From contig OZ076413.1 of assembly GCA_964187785.1 (NCBI GenBank), positions 43,960,001 to 44,024,000 on the forward strand: a stretch of DNA of 64,000 bases, in the 5' to 3' direction. The position numbers and the translations under genes are program-made. The notes beneath the pieces are model-generated. The model ran no database searches and was not told the DNA's origin. It saw only the letters and a list, made by a program, of their open reading frames with translations. Positions 13,833-27,570 of this stretch are shown here, one piece after another; position 1 is the first letter of the stretch, and each line of letters starts with the position of its first letter. Origin of the DNA: Amphiscolops sp. MND2022. Lineage: Eukaryota.

Positions 13833-14800
13833 GATGCCTCAAACCAGCGAAAAAATGCTTCCACAAATCTTAAAATTAAACTAGCTAAATCTTTGTTTGT
13901 CAAATTTCCAAACTAACCAACGTACATAGATCAACTTTTTCCCGAATCATCATTCAATACAATGACCGAGGACATATTAACAACAATAAAAGTTCCGGTC
14001 TGTCAAGAAAAAGTCAACCAAAGAATGGAAAGAACTGTGATTCGAGCTTCAAAAAAGACCCTTTTTTGAACGCAACCCAAATGAAAAGTTCCCAACAAAT
14101 CGACTTATGTATCAGTTATAACTGGAGAAAATATTGTTCAGGCGCAAAACTGCAAATAAGCCCTCCATTTCTTGGCCAAACCGACAAAAAAGAAAAAAAT
14201 GGGCGAAAATGTTGTTGGTCTAAAACAACGCCACTTTCTGGAAAAATATCGATTTTTCGGACAATACTATGATTGAAGTTAACAGTAAAGGGAATGCTCT
14301 TGTAAGAAGACATAAAAAAATTCTCGGATTGCCGCTTTTTTGAGAAAGCATTTTTTTTGGAAAAAATTGATGGTTTGGGGATGTTTTCGATCGATTGGCG
14401 ATAGATTGTTGATTCCTATAAAAAACAAGGTGGATAAAGATGAAAACGCCAAAACTCTCGAAGTCATGTTATCGACTTCCTTTATATGCATGAACCGTTC
14501 CAAGAAGACAACGCCTCAGCCCATTCATCGATAAAAAACCTAAATTTGTTTGGGAAAATGGGTTCACTTTTCTTGAAAATTGGCCTATACTGTCCCCTGA
14601 TCTCAAAATTATCAAACATTTGTGGAGTGTCCTGCAAAATTATCTGTAAAAGACGTCAGGAGTCTGGACGAACTTTGGAATATTGCACGAGAGGATTTCG
14701 AAAAAAATTCCCGTTGATTTCATAGTAAAACTTTACGACTCAATTCCTCAACGATTACAGGTAGTTATTGCAAAAAGAGGCTATCCGCCAAATTTTTAGA
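13833..14800 (+). pseudogene. Second, heavily degraded Tc1/mariner transposase
   Basis: Frameshifted fragments LMVWGCF, FQEDNASAHSS, ENWP..PDLKIIKHLW and KLYDSIPQRLQVVIAKRG. Confidence 0.75.
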
Positions 14801-15604
14801 CTGTTTTCTTTGTAATGGTATGTTTTGTATCTTTTTTTGATACGTTTTGTTATAATTTTGATTGGATTTCATTTCAGTAAATTTTTATACAGAGTCGCAT
14901 TCTTTCTTCATATCACTGTGGCTTATATCGAAAATAAATATGAGAAAAACTGCAGATATTGAGTGTTGCAACATCCTTCAACAACAAAAAAACGGAGAAA
15001 TGTCTAAAAGAGTAATATTTGTGCTATTACTGCTGTAAAAAACGCACGAAAGTCTAAATTCGACTAACTAATGATCACTTGAATTCTGAACAAACAAAAA
15101 ATTTAGTACAATACAGTGTCTTTTAGGAACCATTTCAAAAAATTTTCCTATGTCATTTTGTTTTTGAATCAAAAATGGTGCAGGAATAGGTGAATTAGGT
15201 GGAACTGCGAGTCATGTTTGAATTTCAAAAAAGTCAGTATAAAATTTACTTTTTGAGGAGAAACGTGTGAAACACGAAAAAAATTGAGTGAAACAGTAGG
15301 CTCAATTTGAAAAAAAATATCTCTGATCAAGAAGAAAAACTTTGTCACTGCTTGAATGAATTTTCATGGGCATTCAACTGAACAAGTGCAGATATTGAAT
15401 CTTTAAACTCCATTGCGTGATGGTTCCCAAACACGTGCGAAGCACTGTTGCAGAAAAGTGTGAGAAGGAACAAGATGTTACTCTGCAGTTGTCTGATGCT
15501 TACATGCTCTTTGAATTATCATAACTGCTGATTTTTCCAAACCGAACAGTCATTTATCACTGTCGCCCTATACCACACAGAAAGACCCGGAAATCTTTGC
15601 AGAA

Positions 15605-17465
15605 ATGAGTAAAATTTGCACAATAGCGATTTTCTCTTCGTTTCTCGTGTTGGAACTTATTGCATCAGGTCAGTGTATTGTCTGGAGAAGTTTTGTTTCT
15701 GAGCATTTCCTTTTTAAGTTTGTTTCCAGTCAATATTCGGTGTTTTAAAAATCAATTTAGAGAATAAAATGCCAAATTGTTGCCATGAGTACACACGTCG
15801 ACGTTTTTCAAAAAAAACGTTTTGAAAACATCCTTCATAAACGTTTTCAAAAAATCCTTTGTTTAACTGAAAAACAAACAAAATGAAAAACAATTCAAAA
15901 AGGTCAAGCCAATGAAGTAAAAATTGATTGAGTTTTTTTTTAAATTGAAAAACGGTTAATTGACCAACCCTATCATATTCATATTCGTTTTTTCCAAACT
16001 AGATCAAGGACGATTAGAAATAATGCCTCAATAATCCTGAAGATAGGCACTTCATAGTCTTCTCAACGATGCCATTAATTGAAACATGGAACGAATGTTG
16101 CAACTTTCTTCAGGTTTTGAACAGTTTGGTTTAGTTTAAACGTATTGTAGCTCTAAATATTTTCTGTGTACTGCAATTCATAGGTACTTCATGTATTTTG
16201 TTCGGGTAGAAGTGATCAAGGTTCGTTATTTTTTCTTTTGGTCGGTTCAAATGTCCGACAGAACATTTAATCTTCAAAATTTTCCACCCATCGATGCACA
16301 TTATTGAATTTATAGATGGCCTTCAACGGGTCCGACGGGACTGCATTGCGGTCTCAATACGGGTTGGCAATTATACAATCACTCTTTTCATGTTTGGAAT
16401 TCAAAATACGAAATCTTCTGAGTCCCGTTTCTCAAACAATACACGAAGTTACTTCCTTTCCCGGAATTTCAAAGTATCAAAAACGTGTGATGCATACTTT
16501 CGAACTTTGACAAGAAAAGAAAGAAGTTCGTGTAAATTCTCATTCATTTTAGACTCCAACGGAGTATGCAAAAAAATCGTCATCAATGGCAGGTTCAAAG
16601 GCAATATGAACAAGGGCAGAGAAAGTCTGGGATCGAACGTGGCCAGCTTGGAGGACTGTGCTCAACTTGGGCTGGAATCAGAAAACGACATCCAGGCAGT
16701 TCAGTTGTACGTCGCAGGCAACAACAAGTGCTATGGATTTTATGACAAAAAGGCATCCAAACTGGTCCAATTGCAATCGAACACTGTCGTCTTTCACATG
16801 TGTATTCTGGACGACGAAATGGCCGAAGAGTTATCAGGTAACTGTCGTTCAACTACAGCTAGACTCCAACATAAGCCATCTACTGTGGTGGTTCGAAGCT
16901 TCTCGGGTTTTTCAAATATGTTTTGAGTCAAAAGTAATTGTATTTTTTTTTCAATTTTGATGTGGAAACCTAGTTCAGTTCGAACAATAGTTGTCATTTT
17001 GAACGCTTGAAAACTGAATGACGAATTTCCAAACAATTTCGGGTTATTGAATTGTTTGTGAGTTTGAATTGAGCTCTCAATCAAAAAATGCTGAAATGGC
17101 TTTCAAAGTGCCTCAAATAGAAAGAGAGTGAATGACCTTTTTTTGTTCAAAGTCAAAACACCTGTCAAATCTACGTGATTTTGCAATGTCAAACCGATGT
17201 CGTTCTAAATGATTGACAAGCAACAAAAAGAAACTTAGATAGTTTGAGTTGTCAATTTGAGGCATTTTCAAGTGTAATGTTTTTGCTGGTCGCCTGAGGA
17301 GTGAACAAAATGGAAAGATTAGACACAATGACTTGAGTTTTTTCGAATGCAAAGAGAAGTTGGACAGTTAAGAGAACCTTTTTATTTTGGGTCGTTTTGA
17401 CTCCTAACAAAAACCGAACAAGTATGCCTTCTGTTATAACTCTTCACATTTTTGTTTCAGATTAA
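15605..17465 (+). CDS. Small secreted Cys-rich protein 1 (signal peptide plus one PAN/apple-like domain), ~117 aa
   Basis: Exons 15605-15668 (MSKICTIAIFSSFLVLELIAS, G|GTCAGT), 16553-16837 (TTTTAG|; …SLEDCAQLG…IQAVQLY…KCYGF…CILDDEMA, G|GTAACT) and 17461-17465 (TTTCAG|AT TAA). All introns are phase 1. AATAAA at ~17574. Confidence 0.7.
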
Positions 17466-18710
17466 AAAGAAATGATCCAATGAAACTGTAATTCAATCAT
17501 CTACCCTGAATTTGGACATGTCACGTCAAATTTAATGAACGTAATTGACTGCACTTCCGTCTTGAATGAAGATAATAAATCTGAAATATCACTTAATTAT
17601 CTTTGGAATGATTTGCAGAGGAGATGGTAACGGGACATTTATACAACGCTGATTGCCGCATTAAGCTTTAAATTCACGCTTCTCTGATCTGATATACTCT
17701 TTTCGACAAAGTTTTGAAACAAAGTTGTCCCTATTTTTTCCAAGATGATGACTTCTGTAAATCTAAGACTTTTTTTCATTACCTTCATTGAAGTATGTCA
17801 TTTACAGAAGACAAAAATAAAATCTATACGACATTTTACAATTGACTTAATTTTGATAGTCATCGCAAAAGCCAATCTAAGTTTTTTAAACTACTTTCTC
17901 TATCAAATGTTTTATACTTTCATTGGCCAAGATTGACAACTAATACAAAGGTTGCCAAGATTTAAAAAGAAAAACACTGAATTTCTACATGCATATTTCA
18001 AATAAACAAACTTTTAAAATGACATGAAGAACAGTGTACACAAAAATAAGACATACAATTTATTACGAAAAATTATTTATTTATTATCTAAAACGGTAAT
18101 CCTCTTAACATTTTTGACCCAATTGAGGATTTTCAAATTCATTCGCAAACTTTCCAGTAAAGTCCAATTTTTTCTTTCATATTTTCAATTGGTTTTTTCT
18201 TATTTTGTAGTGTTTGTGGTAGGGTGTTCCAGAAAAAATTGCTCTCTTGAAGAAACTTTTCCGGATAAAGTCAATTCGAAAATAAGAGTAATAGACCAAC
18301 TTATTTGTTAGCACTTGATGGTTGAAGTTGCCACTGGTTGGCTCATTTTTCGCTTTCATAAAGGAGGAGAATTTTCACGTTTATTAGACTGTCATATGGA
18401 AAAATGTCACGCTGTTTGCCAATCTGTGCAGCAACATGCTGACAAATTACAACACTTGTGCGAAAACTCGAGGGTGTCTTTAGGAAAACAGTTATGCACG
18501 AAAGCGTAAGCATGTTGTAACAGAAGAGCTGCCTGCTTGGTAACATAACCCATTTCGCAACGAAGCAGAAAAAGCCTAACAGTAAACAGCAGTTGCGACA
18601 CTGATGTTGTGCTTTGATGCTTCCATACCCGATGTTCCTCCTCTTCTGAAAAGTTGAATTTTCGCCCACGACATTTTGAACAAATTTGAGGGGATCTCAA
18701 AACCAGGAAA

Positions 18711-21700
18711 ATGGAGACACGTTTCCTGAGAATTGTCCTTCTTTCATTACTGGCGAGTTATGTTGGTTAGTTTGTTAGTATTCCATTAGATCATTTCTTG
18801 TGAAGATTCCCAAAGCCATTCCTCGATGACGCAATAATAGTCGATTTGGAAACGTCGATTGCAATTGAGTTAAAACACCATCTTCAGTGATTAATCTTCT
18901 TTGTTGCATAAATGTTAAAATAACGACAGTAAAAACCAAGTCCAAAATGTTATATCCAACTCTATGTATCTTTACTCAATTGAAACATTATTACTCGTTA
19001 TGAAACTAACAAGTAGAAAAAATCCACTTCTTATCCCAATTGAGTGCGTAAAGCGACAATTCGTGCCAAGCGACAATTCGTCCAAATTCCAAAAAGCAAC
19101 AAATCGTCCTATTTTGAAAAGGCGACATATCGTCTCAATTATTAAAAGCTGCAATTTGTCCCCAATTTAATTGCCAATGAAGACCTTTGTATTAATGAAT
19201 CCGGAAAGATTACCAACAACTAATTTTAACATTCTACGACTAGTACGTTAAAATGCAACATTTTCTAATTGTTGTCACGTGCTTAATTGAATTCATATGT
19301 AGTTGATTTGATTATTTCTTTCATTTCAACCTTCAAAAAGTTGGTAATTAGCTGATCAATTAAACAATTTGTGACGAATTGTCGCTTTTTGGAATTTGGA
19401 ATGAATTGTCGCTTGGGACGAATTGTCGCCCAACAAATTGAGTGGATGAAAAATTTGAATAAAACTATTTATGAAGTGTCTTTAGCCTGCCAATGTTTGA
19501 ATACTAACTTGAAGCATCATCCGAACCCTACAGAACAATCACAGACTTTTGAGCACCCAAATTTGATGAAAGACACAGGACGGACTTTTGAGGAGTGCAT
19601 GGATTGGGTGAAACAGGAAGTTCCCAATGCCAAAGCCATGTACCATGACAATCAGGGAAGGTGCATTGGTTACGTCACCTACGGGGTTGTAGTCAAAACT
19701 GGAGATGACGATGACTCTCTATTCTGTGAATTTCAACCTAACCCCGAGGGCTTAGATGGTTAGTTCTGATAATTCACAGCTTTATTTGCACCCTATGATT
19801 TCTGTAAAATATGCGCCCAACTGGAAAACACTTGAGTAAGACTGAATCAGATTTTTGTTTCTCAAATGTATTATTTTAATCTACTGTTTCAGGACAATTT
19901 CCTGGGTTTTCCGATCAGGCTGATTATACATCTGGTATGGTTTTCTACAAAAATTATTATAACGGCAAGCTGTTGTCGGTCGCTTAACACGTTAACCGAG
20001 GTGGAGGAACCTGCAGAAATGGGTAAATCGCTCGGGACAGGCGCCCATCGCCACAGATCCATTTTGCCTCCAGGGATGAAATACATCCCGGGGCCGTGGG
20101 TGCTTCGACGAATACTGTCCACCGGTCCTCGTCTTTGATTGCTAATAGTAACGGGCATCTGCCTGACTCTCTAAAGACCACCGCTTAACTAGCGTTTAAA
20201 AACAATGCCAAGAATGAGGTGACTTTCCAATTCCAGGGTGACATAGGTAATAAGTTCTAAAATGGGTAATAACGTCTAAAATGCCAAAACTAGCGCTCGA
20301 ACTAGCTGAAACCAGTGAAAATACATCAGAACAGGCACGAATATGGCAAATCACAGAGCTAAAAGCTGGGACGCAGGGACTCCAAGCACCAAACAAGGAT
20401 AATTAAGCTACAGGACTCATTTTGCTGGTTTCCGCTACTTAAGGTAGCATAATGCTAAAATCAATGAAAACTAGGGTTAGCACCTGAAAAAGAGTCTTTC
20501 TCAAGAGTTTTTCTAAGCCCTCAAGCTTTTTCTTTCACTGTCTTCTCGCTCGGTCTTGCTCGGTCCTCGTTTTTTATTGGTTATGGCGAAAACAGCGAAA
20601 AAAGCATGTGTTCAGTGCCACGTCACACAGCGAATTAGAATTTTTGACAAAACTTCTGAACATGTCCAAGTCGCAAAATCGCTGTACCAGAGGTTCCCGT
20701 TACATATCCATCTGGTTTTATTTTTATCAAGCTGCAATTATATAAATTTTATACATTGGTCAGTCTTTAATCAACAACTTCTTTGCTCCCTGGGTTGCCC
20801 CAGCTGACAATTCATTCAAAAGTATTCGTAAAACTAGGAACTTAAGGTAGTATTTATTTTGTCAACTAACGATATATTGACTGTCAAATCTTCAGATCTT
20901 TAGGCGAATATGGTTCTACTATAGTATACAGACGACATGAATATTGTAGAACAGTCCACTGAGACTCCTTGAAGCATTAACGTCCTTGCTTATGCTTCAT
21001 TCAACATCGTTAATTGATAAATCAGTATGAGATGCTAAAATTAGTGATTGGGACACCCTAGTTTGAACTGCTTGAACGTTTTACATGTTTTGTAGGATAC
21101 CAAGCAAATTGTCCATGATTTTATAAAATTCTCAAAGAAACATCCATGCATTAAGACTTCACTGATTCGATTTAATTTTATTAAGCTGTCTATAAGATGC
21201 ATGCTAAATTTGGCGGCAATGCTGCACCGCAAAGTTTTGCAGGTTTCATTAAGACGCCGTTCAAACTTTCAAAGCAGCTGAGACCTTCATCAATTTTACG
21301 CAATTTTAATGCAAATAGACTTCAGTCACATCATAAATTTCAAAGTAGCGTCCAATTCAGCGTGCTATTTGACTAACGGTGAATACATAAGGTATTTACT
21401 TGAGAAACTTACGTTGAAAACAAAGTGATCGCGGTGGTGAAGAAGTGGAAATGTTTTCAGTTTTAATTCAAATAGTGAAGGCTGTGTTGATCCTACAAAG
21501 TGTTTCCATGCAGGCTCCCGGAATTTTCCATGTTTTGTAAAAAAAATAGCCTGCATGTTTCCATGCAGCATGTAAAAAAGTTCAAGCAATCTCGACTAGG
21601 GCACGGAAATAAACTCGGTCACCTCGTAGAGGAACTCGCCGTCACCTCTATGCCAAGTGGAACGTGCTTTTGATCAATTTTAGTAACAATTGGCAAAGAA

Positions 21701-24535
21701 GTGGTGGAGGAAAAGAAAAAAATCTTCATCTACAAGTCAATTAGTTAGAAAAGTTGAGTTTTTATGTGTTGAGTTTTCCGTACCCCTTTGGAATGATTAA
21801 CTAACACTGACAAATGATTTTTCCGAGTAAATCTCTTGACAAAAATGCCGATTTTCAATGCATACCCGGGTTGACCCTCTTACTAGCATCTTGGCTGTCT
21901 TGGCAAGATCTTGCCAAATTCTTACTACATCTTCGCAACCATGCATCCCATGGCAAGATTCTTATTAAGATCTTACTAAGGTAATACATATTCCAAGATC
22001 GTATCTTATCACGATGGACAAAGTTTTAAAATTATAAAAAAACACTATACCTTCGGTACAAGCAGTCGAGACTCAATCTATGCGCTCATTTCACCCAACA
22101 ACGACTATTGCTACTCGTTTTCATAATCAAAATGCTTAAACCTGCTGAAAAAATTTTGCATGCAAAAATGCGTGAAAAATTACGATAACGTATTCTGGCT
22201 TCTGAAATTTTGACGAGAATCCTAATAACTGCTCACCTGTTTAGGACTGAGAAATGCGAATGTACCAAATAGAAGGTCATTTCAAGGGCTTTCCAAAACT
22301 TGTAATTTATCACTCCTGTCGATTCCAGAGACGGAGAAATATGCTCTCAAACGTCCAGACCCACTATCGGAAAGTTACCAAGGAAAGACCTTAAAATCCG
22401 GAAAAATCATAATTCTAGCTTCCTTTGAGCCTGTTTCAGCAGCCTTATTACTGCTAGAAACAGCGGTCGTTGCACTAATTTGGGTAATGATTCAGCTCAA
22501 GGCTTTTCTGACGCCGTTGTTGGCGACAGTTTTGCAATTGAAAGAACAATTTAACCAGCGTCTTCCAAAGAAATATCTCTTCAACCAAAATTTATACATT
22601 GTTAACAGAAGTTTTATTAATGTCTAACAATATAAATCTGCAGAAATGTTGATTTTTGTTGACTTCTTTTCAGATTTTTTCTTTCCAAATAGGATTTTAC
22701 AATAAAAATTTTCTTGGGAACATGGCTCTCTTAAGATCTTACCATGACATCTTGCAATTCTTGCCAATATCTTGGCAAGATCTTAGCTAAAACTTTTCCA
22801 AGATCTTGGCAAGATCTTGCCAAGATCTCACTAAGATATCCATGAAGGGTCGACCAGGGTCGAGAGCAGCATTGCAATCACCAATTTTAACTTTCCATGC
22901 TGATTGTTTGTTCTGATGTTTTTTTAAGCATCCATAGTGAGCGTATTCACAATGGACAACCAGTGTGTGTTCGCAGTTTGAAATCGCCTGCTCGTAAGCT
23001 TTATCACTACCCCGCGCCCCCCGTAATGCTCATATTCTGCAGTTCTGATGGATCTATCAGAACGCTTGATTTCGTTATTGACAGTTTTTGGGTAAGTATT
23101 TGATCGTTTTCAGTTATTGTCACAAAGATGAAAACGCAACTTTCGAATAACAACCAGTTAATTACCTGAGTTGCTATTAATATTGAACATGCGGCACTCG
23201 ATGCCCAACACTGCTATATGGCCAATACCCTCATTATGCCGTTTATGTACCCAGATGTATTTTAAACTAGGACACCTGCAGCAAGCTGACACGCCATCAC
23301 ACAGACAATCAAAAATGAGTCGAGAAGCACACACCAATTATCGGATTGGCGTAAAAGTGCCATGCCAAGTTTGGAATTCAAACTGGAATGAATTGTGCAA
23401 TTGTTTTCACTAGCTGTTTTATCTACTATTGGATTGTTGACGAGTCGGTTTAATGGTGTGTAAGTTTGACAGTAGCGCTATATTCAGCGTGCTATTTGAC
23501 TAACGGTGATTAAATAAGGTGATTATATACTTACTTGAGAATCTTACTCGTGAAAGTGATCGACGGTGAAGAAGTAGAGATGTTTTATTTGAAATAGTGG
23601 AAGCTGTATTGTATTCCTACAAAACTTGTCCAAGTATGCTCCGTGAATTTCCCATGTGAAAAAATTAGCCTGTATGTTTTAATGCAGCGAGTAAAAAGTA
23701 CAAGCAATCTCGACTAGGGCAATGACTGGAATCGCCATAGTTGAAACTGATTGAACATTTCACATTTTTTGTAGGTCAAAAAGCCCAACTATCATCATTT
23801 CATAAAACTCTGATGAAAACTTCCATGCATTAAACCTTGGTTTCGAAGTTTTTGCACGTTTTACTTTTGTATCAATAGGTTCATGCAACATTATTTTTAC
23901 ATTTTACATGCAACAGACACCTGATTGTTTTTTACCAGTTTATCAAGGCAAAACAACTTCGGTCACTATAAACCACAAATCAGCGTCTCCTCTAGCCTGC
24001 AAATTATCTAATGGCGAACGAGTAAAACGACTAGTTGAAAAGCGAAAAGTGGAAATAAATTATTTCGGTTCTGATTCGAACAGTAGAAGCTGTATTGCAA
24101 TCAAATGAAACTTTTCCAAGTAGTTTCTTCGAATTTCCGTATATTAATTTTTCGTATACAATTTTTTTGTACTTGAGAGCAGTTACATCGAAAACTGGAG
24201 ATTGGATAGGAAAACACACAGTGGCATGTTAGGTTTTTTCAGGCGCATTTGATACGGACTGCAGGAAAGCAGTGTTCAATCATCATTTCGTGAAAAATCA
24301 GTCAGAGGTAATTAACTTGGAATCAACGTACACCATGGAGGAGTGTGTGAGTAAAGGTGTGGGGGAACGGGACAAAGGGATCCCCATTCAGGCAGTCCAC
24401 TGGTTCTCAGGGGGCGAATGTCTGGGTCATTACCACACCAGTTTACAGTCCTTTGTGGCATCGTCCTCCAGCGACCCAACTTCTTTCGTCTGTATCATTG
24501 ATCAAAAAATGGCCGATGAAATTTCTGTTAGTTAG
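18711..24535 (+). CDS. Small secreted Cys-rich protein 2 (signal peptide plus two PAN/apple-like domains)
   Basis: Exons 18711-18765 (METRFLRIVLLSLLASYV, G|GTTAGT), 19486-19758 (…RTFEECMDWVK…AMYHDNQGRCIGY…FCEF) and 24243-~24530 (…TMEECVSKG…IQAVHWFSGGECLG…CIIDQKMA). Phase-1 joins are in frame. The 3' end is uncertain. Confidence 0.65.
19047..19435. mobile_element. Foldback/MULE-like MITE, copy 2 (inverted, in intron 1 of gene 2)
   Basis: Reverse-complement homology to 4324-4866. Perfect 9-bp TSD AATTGAGTG at 19038-19046 and 19436-19444. Confidence 0.85.
21056..21601. mobile_element. CCC-terminated non-autonomous DNA transposon, family A copy 2
   Basis: Colinear with 3652-4228. CA/CA 2-bp flank. 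Confidence 0.75.
21865..22859. mobile_element. CCC-terminated non-autonomous element with AAGATCTTGGC subterminal repeats
   Basis: TIR CCCGGGTTGACCCT / AGGGTCGACCAGGG. Clusters of palindromic CAAGATCTTG at both ends. Confidence 0.65.
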
Positions 24536-25703
24536 GAATTTAGTTCAATCATCTTTCAAAGGAGGTATGCTCATCGACAAAGGTTCTGTTCTCAATGAAT
24601 CGAATCAGAAACCGGAAGTACTTGTGAAAACTTTTTGATGCTTTTGATATATTAGAAATCAAAAATGCAACTGAAAAGATTTCGTTGAATATTATTTTAT
24701 TCACGCTTGTTTTCCTAGATAGCTTGAAAATGGTTTTCCTTTAAATTGAGAACAGACTCATCATTCTTGGAAAGTTCAAAGCAGGTATGAAATTTTGATT
24801 TTTTGTTCTGAAAATAAATTCGTCGCTTATGGAAACGAAACAATGAAAAAGGCCTAATAAAAAATCGTAAACGTTCTGGAAAGCCTCGAAAGCTTCCTTC
24901 TCGAGGAAAAAAAGACGTATTATTCGGAGTCACAAAATGATCTTTTCCAGAACACAACTGAAACAGTTTTTTGCCACACTATTTCGGACACAAATAGTAG
25001 ACGATTAATAAATAACCAAGGAGTATTTGCTCCTATAGGAGCAAAAATTCCTTGATAATTTAATGATAGGCCTGTAGGTCGTTCAAGGGTTCAATGTTCC
25101 CGAGACACCATAAAAAACTCGGCCAAAAATTCCCAGAAGTTTTTGTACGTGGGAACCTAGTGATTAGGAAACCTTAATTGAAGTGACGAATGCAAAGTGA
25201 TTAAATTGACAGTTATGGAGCCAACGTATATGGAAGCAACGGAAAAGATTGAGCAAAAACATTACGGACCATGATACATTTCGTTCAATATCTTTGATGG
25301 TACGGCGGCATAACAGCAGACTACCGAACTCGTCTCGCTTGCATGGCAAACTCTGTAAATGCTAGTAATTACATTGAAGCAGTGCTCCAACTCGAAGTTT
25401 TGAAGTTTTTGAACAATTCCATGATGTTTTACTGCTCCAACATGACAATGCTCGTTGTCACTCAGTCAGGGCCATCCAAAAGTTCTTAGCTTCAAACGGA
25501 ATTATGTATCTACCTTGGCCTGCACTTTTATCTGATCTTAACCCAATACATCATTAGGGAAAGGCCCAAAAAAACAAAAATTATCTACCGTTATCGATAT
25601 GTAATATGATGCGTGGCGCAGAATTTCTGTCTTGATTTAAGTTAGTTCTCATTTTTAGGTTAAGTTGTTTTATAATGGGACAGAACTTTTCTCGGTGAGC
25701 GTT

Positions 25704-26732
25704 CCCTAGGTTACAAGAATCACAAATCTTGCAAAATTTTTCCGACATTCTCGTCAACTTTGCATTTCTTATAAGAATCTTACAAGTACAAGAATCGCAA
25801 ACTTTGCAAATTTGTTACTATGTCGAACATTTCTTACAAGATTCTGACATCATTTTTGCAAAAAATGCATTTTTTTCGTAAGAAATTTTTACAAAAAATG
25901 TGATGTGTTATTTCGACCAAAATTTCAAAAATCATCAAACTACCAGCAACAACAGTCACAGATGCCGTTTACAATGCACAAACTGTCCCAGGATCCCAGC
26001 AAAAGGGTCCAAATTGGTAATTTTGAGCAAGAATTTACATGCAATTTTACCCCAAAAATTACTATAACGTATTCCAGCAATGAAACTCTGGAAAAAATTC
26101 CGAGAACTCTTCAGCTAATAACGATAGGAACATGAACATAATAACAAATGAAAATACCTTCCAAGGGCTTTCTAACGGTTCTAACCCAAACCTGCTGTCA
26201 GCTGTTATGCTGGAGAAAATTAGTAAAAACACTACAAAACCACCTGTGCAAGCAATGTCATATAGAAAACAATAAAAACCCTGAAAATTCAACCATCATT
26301 TCTTCATTTCTTCCCCAGCCCATTCCAACTAGTCAGGAGACTGTTGAGAATGGAGGACATTGCTATCTTGAAGGCAATGACTCCACCTAGGGCTGTAATG
26401 TTGCATGCGAAAGCTTTACAACAATAACATCACACGATGCTCATGATGCAAATAAAGCATTCCGATAATTTAAGATCTAGATGCTCGAATATGGGCAATT
26501 GCATCATTTTTCGCGTGAAGATCATTTTATTTTGCAGCCGTTCATTCTTTTTGAGGCAGGAAATGCAAAACAAATTGTCAGATTTATGCATTGCTTGTAA
26601 CATTTTGAGCATCAAAATGCAAATCATTCAAGATTTTTGCAAGAGTTAGATTCTAAAAATGCATTTTCTTACAAGATCTTACAAGAATTCTTGTAGGAAT
26701 TTTGCAAGAGTTGTGATTTTTGTTACTTAGGG
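25704..26732. mobile_element. CCC-terminated non-autonomous element with TTACAAGA/TTGCAA subterminal repeats
   Basis: TIR CCCTAGGTTACAAGAATCAC / GTGATTTTTGTTACTTAGGG and a TT/TT flank. Confidence 0.65.
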
Positions 26733-26919
26733 TTTTATTCAAAAATTGCAACCACAGAAGTGTGAAATCTTGAAAAAGTCGAAAAATAAATTGTTTCTTT
26801 CATCGACCAAAGACATGAAACGAATTAAGATAAGAACAGTTTCAATTTACGAATTGAAGAAACTTGGTGCGAAATGAAGTGACTAAATCAATTAAAAAGA
26901 TCCAATAGACGCTTTATTT

Positions 26920-27570
26920 TAGGGGTGTGCGGTTAAGGAAAAATTTAAACCGTTTAAACCAGTCAAAGTACGTAATTGTAGAAAGTGTAAAGTAGTCATT
27001 TACTGTAGTTTGATCACTACGCTTAACGCCAAATCACACTGTGTAACGAGTAAAACTCGTAACGCGTATCAGAAATAATAACGCGTTTCTATTGGCTGTT
27101 AATCGAAGTAGCAAGGTCTTGCTAGTTCGTTGCGGCATATCTATCGTAATGAGTGACTCGGTCAATGATCACTCAATGACAGCTTATTATTTGAAAAATC
27201 GGTGTAAATCAATGAATTCAGAAAAGGTTGAAGAATCTATATTTCTTTACAGATTTTCTATACAGATTTTCTTTGAGAAAAATCAACATTCTGAAGTCTG
27301 CTGTAGAAATACTTTGCCTCCCACTGGAAATGATGTTACCTCCGTCACTCCATTCTCTTTCACTTGGTACGGCTGTTCCGGGTATAGGTAAATACTCGAG
27401 AGACAATTTTGCGAGTGCCGGAAATTGGACCACTTTTTAAATAGCTTCCCAAAAACAGCCAATGAGAATTGAGATTGATTCATTGACTGAAATTTTTCAG
27501 CGCTGATAAAACCAATCAATTATTGAATTCATTGGTTTTCAATGAAATATCAATTAATCGCACACCCCTA
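26920..27570 (-). mobile_element. Internally deleted hAT transposon retaining the C-terminal dimerisation domain
   Basis: TIR TAGGGGTGTGCG(G/A)TTA. 8-bp TSD CTTTATTT/CTTCATTT (7/8 match). ORF 27218-27433 reads FPALAKLSLEYLPIPGTAVPSEREWSDGGNIISSGRQSIS…LIFLKEN. Confidence 0.85.
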
